From Eledone cirrhosa (lineage: Eukaryota), in contig CAXHJY010000234.1 in NCBI GenBank assembly GCA_964016885.1, forward strand, positions 1-64,000: a stretch of DNA of 64,000 nt, given 5' to 3'. The translations under genes and the position numbers were made by a program. Below the pieces are notes generated by a model. That model worked only from the letters and a program-made list of their open reading frames with translations, did no database searches and was not told the origin of the DNA. Positions 24,076-35,823 of the stretch are shown here, one piece after another (the stretch's first letter is position 1; the number at the start of each line of letters is the position of its first letter).

Positions 24076-25555
24076 GATATCTGTGCTACATATTGCTTTG
24101 ATTTTTTATCACCATCAGATATTTTATTTATGGGTGTGTAAACAATACTAGGACCTTTCTTTCTAAACTAAAACAACCTTTTTAATTTTTAGCCATGCCT
24201 GGAATTTCCTGCTTAAATTTAAACATCCCTCTAACAAAACATCTTGTTGCTTTGTTTGCATGCACAAAAAAAAAAGCTTTTTTTTTTTTTTGCTTTTGTG
24301 TTCTTGAGTGTTTGCTCATGCTGCATCATATAACTTATATAGAGATTTTTTAAAGTGCAGTATTCATGTCCCAACATGTGATTTAAATGTAAAGCTACAC
24401 CAGTAGAGACTTAAAGACTATAAAAATAGTAGAAAGTGAAGAAAAATGTGAGGACTTGCACTGTTAACTTTAAAGCCATAATGAATTCATATGACAAAAT
24501 AAAAGTTGCCATGCAAAATTCAAGTGAATGCTCAGCTTCTAAACAAATGCACATGCCAGTAAGATCATGGTAAATATGGAGAAAATGTTAATTGTTTAAG
24601 TGTATGATATATCACAGATTACAGATTCATCTGTCAAGCCATTATATGGCAAAAGGTGGAAAATCTAATCAGTTGAAACAAGAAGTTGAGCAATTTGCTC
24701 AAATGTTTGTTGTTATCTGGGAAGATTAGGCTACCCGCTAGAGCAAGGCTTGCAAATTGGAGTGGCAGTTCCAGCATGTCGCCTTCACCATCCTCCAGGG
24801 ACAACATCTTTTCTATTCTGTCTGCTGGGATCACGAGGCGTGCTAACTCTTAAATAAGAGTGAAGTTGATTGTCAACCTTAGGTAAAAAGTTATTTTTGA
24901 CACTCAATAAAAGAACCATGTATTTCTCGTTTACATGTTATCGGTGTATATATAAGGCATCAGAGGTTTGCCACATATTGTTGTGAGGAGCAAATACCAC
25001 ATTGTGGGATAGCACAGGTCAACATACCCATCAGTGCTGATTGAACGAGTCAGTTTGACTTTGATCAACGTTGTCGTTCAGCCAACATGTCAGCTCTGAT
25101 TGAGCAGGCCTATAAACAAAGGTGTTCCAATCGTGACCAACTCATTTTTTTTTTTTTGTATATCAGTGACTGCATTATTATCCTGAAAATGTATCCTCTT
25201 ATATTTAAGATTGTAGAGTATGATTTGAGGGAGATTTGGCTGTTATTTCTAGCAACGCGAACTATAATATAGATTCCCTGGTCGGCTAGTTGACAAAATT
25301 GTTATTTTACTTTTAATTCCTATTTAGTTAGTCATATTTTATACTGCCACGTCATGTTCTTTTTAAAAAAGTGATTTGTTTGTTACTAATTCAAAACATT
25401 TCATTTTGCTATCATCTTGTCACTAAATATAAACAAAACCTTGACTGGAATGAAGGAAAGGTTAAAACATATTTTTGCGTTTTCACTGCCCGTTTTTTAC
25501 CCTTGTGGCTCACTAACGAAGTCGACCCTACTCCCTTCCACACATGAATAGTTTC

Positions 25556-25670
25556 TTATATAAGCACAAGGCCAGCAATTTTGGGGAGGGGAAAACGATT
25601 AAATCGTCCCCAGTGCGTGACTGGTACTTTATTTTATCGATCCCCGTAAGGATGAAAGGCGAAGTTAACA
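25556..25670 (-). mobile_element. SINE fragment (same core family as 22553)
   Basis: gcacaaggccagcaatt...ctggtactttattttatcgatccccgtaaggatgaaaggc. Confidence 0.75.
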
Positions 25671-26049
25671 CATGAATGGGTGTTTAACATGCTATAATAC
25701 CTAAAACATTCTAACATTAACTGAATGAGAACTCAATATGTGCAAGTAGAGCGTAGGAGAATATGAACACACACACACACACACGTAAGTATGCGGACGT
25801 GCCTTGTCATTTACACATATGCATTTTAATTACATGTCAACTATGTTATCAAATTTGGCGTCAGAATATAGTGAAGAATATAGAATAGGAATTTAACGTA
25901 CAATGGTGATTACAGTAAAATGCTTATCGTCTGATCGAAGACCACTATTGTCACTAAGAAAGTTACCAGTGTCTTCGCCTTCTCTGTCGTTTCTGTGAAT
26001 TAGAAAGTAGCATCCTGTTGCTTATAAAAAAATGACAATAACCAACACA

Positions 26050-26215
26050 CAATGGCGTTCGAGACATTTTGGGGAGCTTGGGCTTCAGAAAGTGAGGTTC
26101 TTGTTGGCGGCTCGCCTTACCGACGTATCAGGCGATGTTCGTGAGGGTGCTTGGTTATTCTAGCGTCTTAGTCTCGCTATCACCCCCGGTAATGCAGCAA
26201 GTGTGTTGGCCTGTC
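26050..26215 (+). pseudogene. Remnant of restriction-like endonuclease C-terminus of a CRE-type non-LTR retrotransposon
   Basis: Reads, with frameshifts and a stop, MAFETF-GAWASESEV...ARLTDVSGDVREGAWLF*RLSLAITPGNAASVL, matching the motif P.A.ET.G.WG ... LFQR.S.AI.RGNAASVLG. Confidence 0.7.
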
Positions 26216-27039
26216 AAAAAAATTATTAGAAGGGAAACTCTAGCATCCTTTGTATGTAATTCAGTGTGCATATCTTCTCAGTTTTTTTCCATCTTTTAGA
26301 TAAATTGTGTTTATATCTAAAGAAAAAAAAAAAACCCATTAAAGATATGCTTGCAACATCGTGTGTGTGTTTATTTCTACAATAACAGCGGAACTGACTT
26401 TTGTTGAATTTGGGATAGATTCATTGTGGAAGGAAATGAGATTGTGATGATAGTTATGTCTTTCTCAAGTACTTTACTGATGTGAGTCAAGTGAAAGAGC
26501 TTCAACCACAATTGAAACCGAGTCGATGACTTTTGCGCACACACACACACACTACCTCACACGAACATGTATGTGAAGAGTGAAGGACGAAACTGTGTAT
26601 CTAATTTTTATATAAAAATTAAAATTATTCATAAGCTTATTCTTTATACCAAAATAATCTTGCCGTAATTTTAAGCATTGTTTTCATTTCACTCCCGTGA
26701 TTATATGCTAATATCCAGCAAACACATTACTATCAACCGTTATTTATTATCAAAATTACTTCTTTGTGGGTGGCAAATCCGTCTTTTGTTCTTCAAACTA
26801 ATTTGGTTCAAAACCAAACTAACAAACAAACAGAAAAGAAATGTTTGTAATATGAACGAATAACTAATAAATATTTGTGCTAATAACAATCAAAGATATA
26901 TTTTTAAATACGTAGTTTAAATTAGTTTGTGTGGGAATGTTGACAGCAATCAACAGGAGGGTGTTATAAAAAAGCTGTGACTAATAAACAATTTTTTTTT
27001 TTATTGCTTCTCCTTTCTCTCTTGTTTATTCTTTTTCTC

Positions 27040-27230
27040 TCTCTCTTTCCTTACTCCCTCTCTGTCTGTTAACTCTTTCCTTTCTCTCTCTCTCTCTCTC
27101 TCTCTGTTAACTCTTTCCTTACTCTCTCTCTCTCTCTGTTAACTCTTTCCTTACTCTCTCTCTCTCTGTTAACTCTTTCCTTACTCTCTCTCTCTCTCTG
27201 TTAACTCTTTCCTTACTCCCTCTCTCTCTT
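27040..27230. repeat. Pyrimidine-rich minisatellite, ctgttaactctttccttact(ct)n, about 5 units
   Basis: Direct inspection. Confidence 0.85.
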
Positions 27231-27799
27231 TTTTCTCCACTCTTTCTCCCTACCTTTATCTGCTTTCTCTCCCTCTCCTTTCGTCTCCCCCTCTCTCCTT
27301 CTCAATATGGGGAGTACTTAGTGACATCCTGTTCACATTTTCATCGTAGTTTAACATTGATTTAAAAAATATATCTTGTCTTTCTAATTGTTTTGTCTGT
27401 CTGACTAGATACGATTGTCACCTCTCACGTGTTCCATTTTAAACCAAAGAAATTGACAAAATATTTAGTCAAGAAAATAGCAACAACAATAAAAATCTGG
27501 GCGGGTATTAATATCTCCACAAACAAAAATACAAGTCTATTCAAAGACCCCAGTATTCAGTGACAACAGTACCTATAATTATTTCTAACATTGGTACAAT
27601 GTCTCCTATTTTGTGGTAAGGTTGGTTGTGCGAGTCGATTAAATCGAAACCAGACTTATATTTATTTTAACCACTATGAGATAGAAAAAAGTCCAACACT
27701 GCTCTGACGAGATTTGAACTTGAAAATATAAAAAGAAAGAAGCTTACTAAATGTATGGCATTTTACCATTTCTGCTACTCGACATTCCTATTTTTTGGT

Positions 27800-28322
27800 T
27801 TGGCAGGATCGGTAGAGTACCAGACATATTTTACAGCATGTTTCTTTACGTTCCGAATTCAAATCACGTCGAGGTTAGTTTGCCTTTCATCCTTACGGGA
27901 TCGATAAAATAAAGTACCAGTAATGCACTGGGTTGATTTAATCGACCCCCCCCCCCCCCCAAAAAAAAAAAATTACTGGTCTTGTGCCTATACTAGAAAT
28001 CATTATTATGACTTTAACTTTGCCTTTCATCCTTATGGGGTCGATAAAATAAAGTATCAGTAATACACTGGGTAATTGCTGGCCTTGTACCAAAAGTAGA
28101 AACAATTATTATGACTTACATATAGGGCGGTGGATTGGCAGTATCGGTAGAGGGTCAGACGCCATGCTTTGCAGCAAAGAATTACGGCCCTTTATGATCT
28201 GAGTTCAAATCCTGCCGAGGTTAACTTTGCCTTTCATCCTTACGGGGTCGATAAAATAAAGTACCAGTAACGTACTGAGTAATTGCTGGCTTTGTGCCAA
28301 AAGTAGAAACAATTATTATGAC
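27800..28322 (+). mobile_element. Head-to-tail cluster of three SINE copies (middle one 5'-truncated)
   Basis: Core gcctttcatccttacggggtcgataaaataaagtaccag recurs at about 27882, 28022 and 28229; each unit ends attattatgact. Confidence 0.88.
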
Positions 28323-28832
28323 TTACATATATTTAACATATATAGGAAAGTGTAAAATAGTGAGGTGAATATATGTTATTGAGAGATATATCAGTGCATG
28401 AGTGTATACACCTAGTATATATTTCTAAAAGTTTGTGTGTATATCCATCCCCCTCCCCCCACTTCCTCTTATTTTTATGTAACACTTCTTCCCCCTTCTG
28501 CCTCACTTCAGACTTTGTGTTTTACATTTGCCTCATTCATTTGCACTCTCTCTCTCTTTCTTTATCATCTATTTCTCTTTTATCATTCTCCCTTATTTTC
28601 AACCCTTCGCCTTGTTATGACAAACGCTTACACTATCGCTCTGTATTTCTCTTTTCCTTTTTATTTCCTTTTCTCTCAAAACTTTGGGACATTTTCTTTA
28701 ATCCAGTTGTCATTTAAATAATTGATCGTACATCAAAAATTATTTCATGAGAAAAAATTAACAAAAAACAAACAAACAAACACAATATGCTGTGTACACA
28801 CGCATACACATTAAACAGTATGTCAAATACTT

Positions 28833-29012
28833 GTTTCTACTTTAGGCACAAGGCCAGCAATTAACCAGTGCATTACTGGTACTTTATTTTATCGACCCCG
28901 TAAGGATGAAAGGCAAAGTCAACCTCGGCGGGATTTGAACTCGGATCGTAAAGGGACGTAACTATGCTTGAAAGCATGGCGTCCGACCCTCTACCGATAC
29001 TGCCAATTCACC
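28833..29012 (-). mobile_element. tRNA-derived SINE, full length
   Basis: Reverse complement of the 28126-28322 type; very similar to 63571-63752. Confidence 0.88.
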
Positions 29013-29419
29013 ATGTCAAATACTATTTCTAATTCATGTAATTTGTTTTTAGGCTGTTGATATTCAGTTAAAATTGCTGAAAGTTGACTTCTTCATAAAA
29101 GACATGTGCAAGGAAAGAATTTCAGAGGGATGACGTTCTATGAAGAAAGGACTGAACGTATTGGTTAGTGCAATGTCTGGAGAGTTGAACATAATATGAG
29201 TAATGAGAAGAGGAGTGACGAGTGAAGCGAGAGTGCTTGAGTGAAGGTGGCACAGGTCAGCCAAATCTGAAAATCGGATGCCATTTTATTAGTGGTTGAA
29301 ATATCTAGGGTGTATGCGTAGTATCACTGTTACGTTGCGATGTGGGAGCAAGATTCCCTTGTGGGTCTTACCTGAACATTGTTAGGGGTTGAAGTATTGT
29401 CATGAGGGAGCTATAGAAT

Positions 29420-30535
29420 TTATATTTGCATCTCCACACGACTCCAGACTGAATCTCCCTGTGCTGGTGTTCGCCTGTTTTACGCCCGGCCAAAATATAC
29501 AGTCTCTCACACATAATCATAACACTCATGAACAAGCACGTCCACACGGTACCGCGTCCTGACCAAAAAGAGGGTGTGAAAGGGCCGCGAACTTTAACGC
29601 CCTGTCACTGGCCTTTTGCTTCGGGCATGACTTTCCCTGCATTTCCGGCACCCTAGCTCCTATCCTGATCTCAAGAATCGATCATCCCATCATATTACTC
29701 CATGTCAAAGTCGGTCATCCAGCTGGGTGGACGGCGTTCCCGTTGCGATCCCTGCACAGTTGGGACGGCGCTTTTGTTCTCTTCTCAGAAGTCCGTCAAA
29801 TCAACCACTCAACAAACATCCAAGACGTGATGCGGCATTCCGTCCACAGACATATTCTTTTGGGAATTTACGGCCGTTACTGTTCCCTTTCCCCATTGAG
29901 ACGTGTAACGCACATTCGGAGGCTTAACACAGACTTCTTTGCCCACTTGTACAAATGCATTCTCTCTCTCTCCTCCACAGGTTGTAATAATGTGCACGGA
30001 TGTTGCCAGTCATATCTATATATCACCCTGTGTGGTACCAACTCCGAGGAGATATGTTGTACCAGAACACTGCCTCCATTTGTGAAATGTGTCCCCTCTT
30101 CGCCACGGCCTTGATTGTGCGATGGTGTCTTTACACGATCCCATTTCCACTCGGCTTGTATGCCTCTCTGAAGAAGCAGCTCACGTTCCACCCATCAATC
30201 ATCTCTTTCAGCATCTCCGAGCGAAACGCCGTCCTGTTATCCATCAACAGTTCATCTACAGGGCTTCGCTCCAAGAATATCTCTTTCAGCGTCCGTGCAA
30301 TTTCTTCCGCAATCCCCGTTTTCATCTTCCTCTATATTGCCATCCGCAATCGACCATCTAGAGATACGTCCCCTGTCGGTAGAAAGTCACACCCACTGCC
30401 AATCGCTTCCAGTTATTCTCCACTGGGATGTTACCCGTGTCATGCACGCCTGGAGTTGGGTCGATAAACCGACATCTGTCACAACTCTCGACCACTTTCT
30501 GGTATACCCTACGATCAAGCTTAAACCATTTCGAT
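29420..30535 (-). mobile_element. Degenerate Ty3/Gypsy-like LTR retrotransposon 3' part (integrase core, C-terminus, probable LTR)
   Basis: LKEIFLERSPVDELLMDNRTAFRS...AYKPSGNGIV (rve core); VQVGKEVCVKPP...SQWGKGTVTAVNS...VDGMPHH; terminal SQRERRPPSWMTDFDME-stop near 29695-29750. The LTR boundary is a guess. Confidence 0.8.
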
Positions 30536-32419
30536 GGCAGATCTATCTTATAATAATATCTCCACTCTACTTTTCTTAAGTATGAAATACATAGTTTTAA
30601 TTACTAACATCTTATTCTCACCCACCCACATACCTACCTATGTAATGTTATAAGCTGCTAAAATGCTAATAAACAATTTGTGTTCCGCAAGTCATCTTGC
30701 CGGGAAAGGAAATAATCATTTTTTTCCCTTGAGCATGTTTGATTCCTTCTCTTAAGATGATAAATTCGCTACAATGCATTACCTAAATGGTATGAGAAAG
30801 TTATCGCTTGGTTTTGCACTTTCTTTGTTTTCATAAGTTGATCACAATCATTTCAGTTTTCTCGTCCGTTATACCTAAATTCCGAGATCAACCTCGCCTT
30901 TCATCCATTCGAGGTTGATAAAAAAGTACCAGTCAAGTACTGAGATTCGATTCTTCCTCTATATCTCTCACTCGCTCTATCTTTCTCTGGATGAAATCTG
31001 CTGTATTCAGACTTAGTGAGGATTGGGTTCCGTCAGGTTTAAAAGATGCCCTTGAAACACTGTCAATACGATGCCCCTACGACTCCCTCAGGAATTACGG
31101 GACTATACCATGCATAGCATACCATGTCTAAATTCTCTCTGCTGTTGTTTCTGGTTTTTGTGACTGGTATTTATTTACACTAGTCTTTGCGTCATTGCGA
31201 AGAGAATATTTTAAGTGAACTTAACCTAAACCTAACCTAATTCTCTACTGTTGTTGCGAAAAATGTAACTGAACCCTCTATTTCCTGTCATCGTGCTGTT
31301 AGTCCTGCCTTTCTTTTCCCCTCACAAAGTTTATTAGTTTCTTTCTTATTTCCTCTCCTTCCTCTCTTTCGTCTCCTCTTTCTTTCCCCCCTGTTTATCT
31401 GGTTATTCTTTTTTTCTTGATTTTATTTTTACACTCTTCTCACTTTACCCTCTCTCCCTCTGCTTATCTATTTCTTTTTCCTTCCCGTCTGTCTCATTTT
31501 TTACTTTGTCTGCCTGTCTCATTTTTTCCCTCCCTCTATTTGTCTTACACTCTCTTTTTCACTTTCTATCCATCCATCATTCTTTCTTTCTCTGTCTTTA
31601 ACAACGTTTGGTGTTGTATTTCTCTCCTACTTTCCCCCTCTATCTTGTGTTAGTGTCTCTTTCTCACGCCCGCTCTCTCTTGTTACCCGTTTCTCTCTCT
31701 CCCCATCTCTCTCAAGTTGTTTTACCTGATTTGTTTACATGAAACTGGGTCGATCGACTGATTATGAGCGACGAAAGCTAACTTTATCTTATTTGTTATT
31801 CCATCAAATTTCAGTGACTTCCCCGTTCAACCGCTAGCTGGAATGGATCTTCCAGCGCGTCTCCCTCACCATCCCCCGGGGAAACGCCTTCTCTATTCTG
31901 TCCGCCGGGGCTATGGGCGGCCAGCGCGTGGGCAGCCTTTTGCTCATAATAGTGAGAGATGGGAAGAGCGGGAGATAGGGAGTTTAGTTCCTTTGTGTTC
32001 GGACCTGGTGTATATGTATGTTTCACGGACACACACTTACATGTAAACATTCTTTTATAATCACAAAAACCAATGTACACACACTTAGTTTTACCTAACA
32101 CTTGTCTTATCTGATAAAACCACTGCTTAAAAAAATACACTGAAGATTAAGAAACACGCGCACACAGGCATGTGCACTGTAAAGAGTGTACATACACACG
32201 CGCACTCTCACACACGCGTGTACTCACGTGTACACACAGACACACTCATACTATCACATACAAACATACGGAAAGTCAGAGTGAATAGTGAGTCGTTAAT
32301 CAGAAAATAGTTTAGTTTTTCATCTTGTTCATACTACACTGTTTATCATCACAGCATAAATTTAGTTTAGTCTCCCTCCATCGACTTTGTTTTCTCAAAG
32401 CTTTCACAGTAATACTTCT

Positions 32420-32822
32420 TCCCCCACTTCTTCCTAGGAGGGTGTGGAGGAAGAGTTCTCAAACACTCCTTCCAGCGGGTCCTTTCAGGAGCAACTGTCC
32501 CCAAGCCAGGTTCATTGATGCTATCCAACCATCCTGCTGGTTGTTTTTTTTTGTCTGTAAAATCTGTCCAGTGATTCTTTCCCGAGACATTCTAACCACA
32601 TACCCATAGTATCGGAGCTGTGATCTCTTCTGGAGCAACTCTGATCTCTGAGCTACACATGTGAGTAACATAGCTCCAGAGTTTCTTCGGAGGAACCCTA
32701 TTTCAGCCACTTGTATTCCCGATCGTATTCTTTCAGTCATTACCCTAAATTCATGTCTATATGTAAAGGTTGGTATGAATAGCGAATTGAAGATGAGTTT
32801 GGCTTTAACACCTACCTCCATT
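32420..32822 (-). pseudogene. Degenerate RTE (REX3/Expander-like) fragment, same family as 23590-24075
   Basis: KAKLIFNSLFIPTFTYRHEFRVMTERIRSGIQVAEIGFLRR...SQLRYYGYVVRMSRER. Confidence 0.8.
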
Positions 32823-33267
32823 CAACGTTAACACTTTTTACCTGAAGGATAGCACATTAGAAAAAAACTCTGAGTATTGACATTGAAATACGAGCTTTAA
32901 ATGAATAAACTCTATTACATATGTTATGTACTTTTTCTTCCATATGTGTGTGTGTGTATGTGTTCTTAATCATGACACTATTTCATGTTGCTCCATTCCA
33001 CTAAGTTGACAAAAATAATTTGTGCCTGTAACTTACAAGACCAGCATTGTGACATGCTGAATCTCCCTGAGAACTATGTCAAGGGTACATGTCCCTCTGG
33101 AATGCCCATCCATTTTCACGTTAATTCCATGAGCAGACTGTTTCAGTGTTTGATCAACTGGAACACAAGTCAGAACCGATGGATGTTCAATAATACAAAT
33201 GTTTTCATGAGAAAGCTGTTTCGTTGTTCAAACAACTGGAACACTTGTCGTAATTGAGTGTGTGTGT

Positions 33268-33718
33268 CATCATCATCATCGTTTAACAGCCATTTTTACA
33301 TGCTTCCATGTGTTACTTTGATACTTTGATAGGTTTCAGCCAGTATTGGCTCAGGCCATGTTTAACTTAATAGCACCACCTGGCAAACAGGTTGCCAAAT
33401 TATAAGAAAATTTAGGTCAGGTGACCATGTCATGCTTATGTGGATTTGTATTCTGGCTTGATGCCCTTCCTAACACCAACCACATTACAGAGTGGACTGG
33501 GTGCTTTTTATCATGGCACTGAAAAGACAATCCAACAGGGTTGACTGGATGCTTTTTGTCATGTCATCAACACAGCCTCCTTACAGGGTTGACTGGGTAC
33601 TTTATGTTGTGTCACAAGCACGACCACTTTACAGTGTGGACTGGGTGCTTTTTTTTGTGTCACCAACATGACCCCCGCCACAGAATGGACTGGGTGCTCT
33701 TTTTGTTGTCGTACTGGA
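33268..33718 (-). mobile_element. RTE-A 3'-end derivative with degenerate 48-bp units and a nested CR1/L2 3' tip (33315-33390)
   Basis: (CAT)n tail at 33268; gatgcccttcctaacaccaacc at about 33460. 33330-33388 is the reverse complement of the LINE 3' end 51353-51405, with an (atcaaagt)2 tail. Confidence 0.7.
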
Positions 33719-35595
33719 TCAGTATACATGGTGAGAAAAAAATTACTTGATACATGTAAAATTTATTTCAATGAAGTCAATAAAGGCAGCAAATTTGGAG
33801 AGTTGTTAGGGCATGGGATTAAAAATACCTTGTTCAAATCCTGCCGAGGTCAACTTTGCTTTTCAGCATTTTGAAGTTGATAAATAAATTGGTATTTTAA
33901 ACTATTCAAAAAACAACAAACAAACACAAAATGCTATTGTGGATGCAGCATGGCCCAATGGTTAAGAAGTTTGTTTTGTAATCATTAGATTCTAGGTTCA
34001 GTCCCACTGTGTGATATCTTGGGCAAATGTCATTTATAATAGCCTCGAGTCAACAAAAGTTTGTGAAGGAAACAGGGTAGACAGAAACTATTCAGAAGCC
34101 CGTTAGATGGACTGTACCTGTAATTCAAAGGACCAACCCTGTCACACAGTCTCGTGCTAAATCTCTCTGATGAGAACTATGTTAAGAGTGCACATGTCTT
34201 TGACATGCAGGTTGTTCTGTTGATCAAACAACAGTAACACTCACCATTGAAACCAATGGAGATCCATTTTAAAATGTTTTAATTAAACAATTTTTTGAGA
34301 TAGTTTAAATTAGAAACAAAAATATTTCTTTGTTTCATATGGACACCCATCTATAAACATTTCTATGTGCCATCTCACAAAATTCCATTACCAATGCTTC
34401 AGATAAGCAACACCCTAGTTTGTTGATTTTAATTCAATTATATTTATTAAGTTTATTTTATCTACCTTGTGTTTATTTATTTAAGCTGTTTAATTACAGG
34501 AAATTATGAGGAGAAAATAAAACAGCCAAACAAACAAAGAAATGTTGTTTAGCCTCGAGTCTGACTTAAGAGCAAATACGTTTCAGCTATGACTGTCTTA
34601 TCTTTTTAGCGGGTGTGTGTATGCACGGACATATAACTCCTAATGGAGTCATAGGAATTTAAAATCCAGTGGGGCCCATCCCCTCTAGTGATTGAAATTG
34701 ATTCCAGTATTGGACTGGTGCTTAATTCATTGACCTCAAAAGATGACAGTTTAAATTCAAAGTATAGTGAACTAGAACAAATGTCAAGGCATTTGACTCT
34801 GCCAATTTGCTGCCTTAAGATCTCTATTCACAGATTGTGACAAGATCCCAGACCTCACTTGCTTTACTGAATAGGGTTGAACACATCAGATGGAGCTAAG
34901 GAAACAATGCTTTGATTGGTCTTTCAAATTGGTGTTACTATCTACCAGTTGCAATTCCTAGCAGGAGTAATGTGAAATAAAGTGTCTTGCTCAAAGACAT
35001 AATGCATCGCCCAGTCCAGGAATCAAACTCACAACCTCACAATTGTGAATCCAGTTCTCTAACCACTAAGCCACATGTCTTCACTAGATCCCTATAGAAA
35101 GTGTAATTTCAGTGATGTTTTGAACTAGCTGAGCTTATTGTTATTGTAATGTAGGGATTACTGGCCACAGTTATTTTGTTGCCCTGGATTTATAGAAAAA
35201 AACCCATGCCAGACAAGTTGTCTGTCAAATGATTAGGTATGCCCCACATAATCATTATTCCAGGTACATCATGTCTCTGTCTAGTTGAGGAGTAAAAGTG
35301 TGTGGCTTGGTGTGAATTTGATGCCCAGCAGCACCTTATATCCTTCAGCAAGTCACTATATTTTACATTGCTCCAGTACATTCACATGGAATAAAATTGA
35401 GCTGTACTTTGTAATTCAAAGGGCCAGCTTTGTCAGACTCTGTATCCTGCTAAATCTCCATGAAAACTACGTTAGTGGTACAAGATTTTGTGGAATGTTT
35501 AACCACTTGCACATTAATACATTAATTTCATGAGTAAGCTGTTGACAAAGAATAATTGGAATACTTGTCAGAAACAATGGTAGTCTAACATTACA

Positions 35596-35823
35596 TTAAC
35601 CCTTTAGCATTTACATTACTCTATATATACTATTATATTTTCATGGTAAAGTCTTTATCTCACATCATTATCTCACATAATATTGAGCCTATGAGATTTT
35701 GATATTACTTATTTTGAGAACAATACCTTAACATCAGTATGAGTTGCCAGTTACAGCCGGTTTGAACAGAAAGAGGTGACAGATTCTGGCCGGATACTGC
35801 CAGGTTAAATGCTAAAAGGTTAA
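35596..35823. mobile_element. TTAA-flanked piggyBac-type MITE (relatives at about 54643-54870 and 55907-56104; a related family at about 17450-17706, 23010-23260, 36848-37104)
   Basis: ttaa|ccctttagcattta ... taaatgctaaaagg|ttaa termini. Confidence 0.75.

Noticed and set aside
29050-29275. Possible exon (acceptor-like sites on both strands, 66-aa ORF)
   Set aside because: No recognisable homology or consistent splice donor.
34160-34185. ctgatgag as a hammerhead core
   Set aside because: A variant of the SINE sequence ctccctgagaacta; no GAAA or stems follow.
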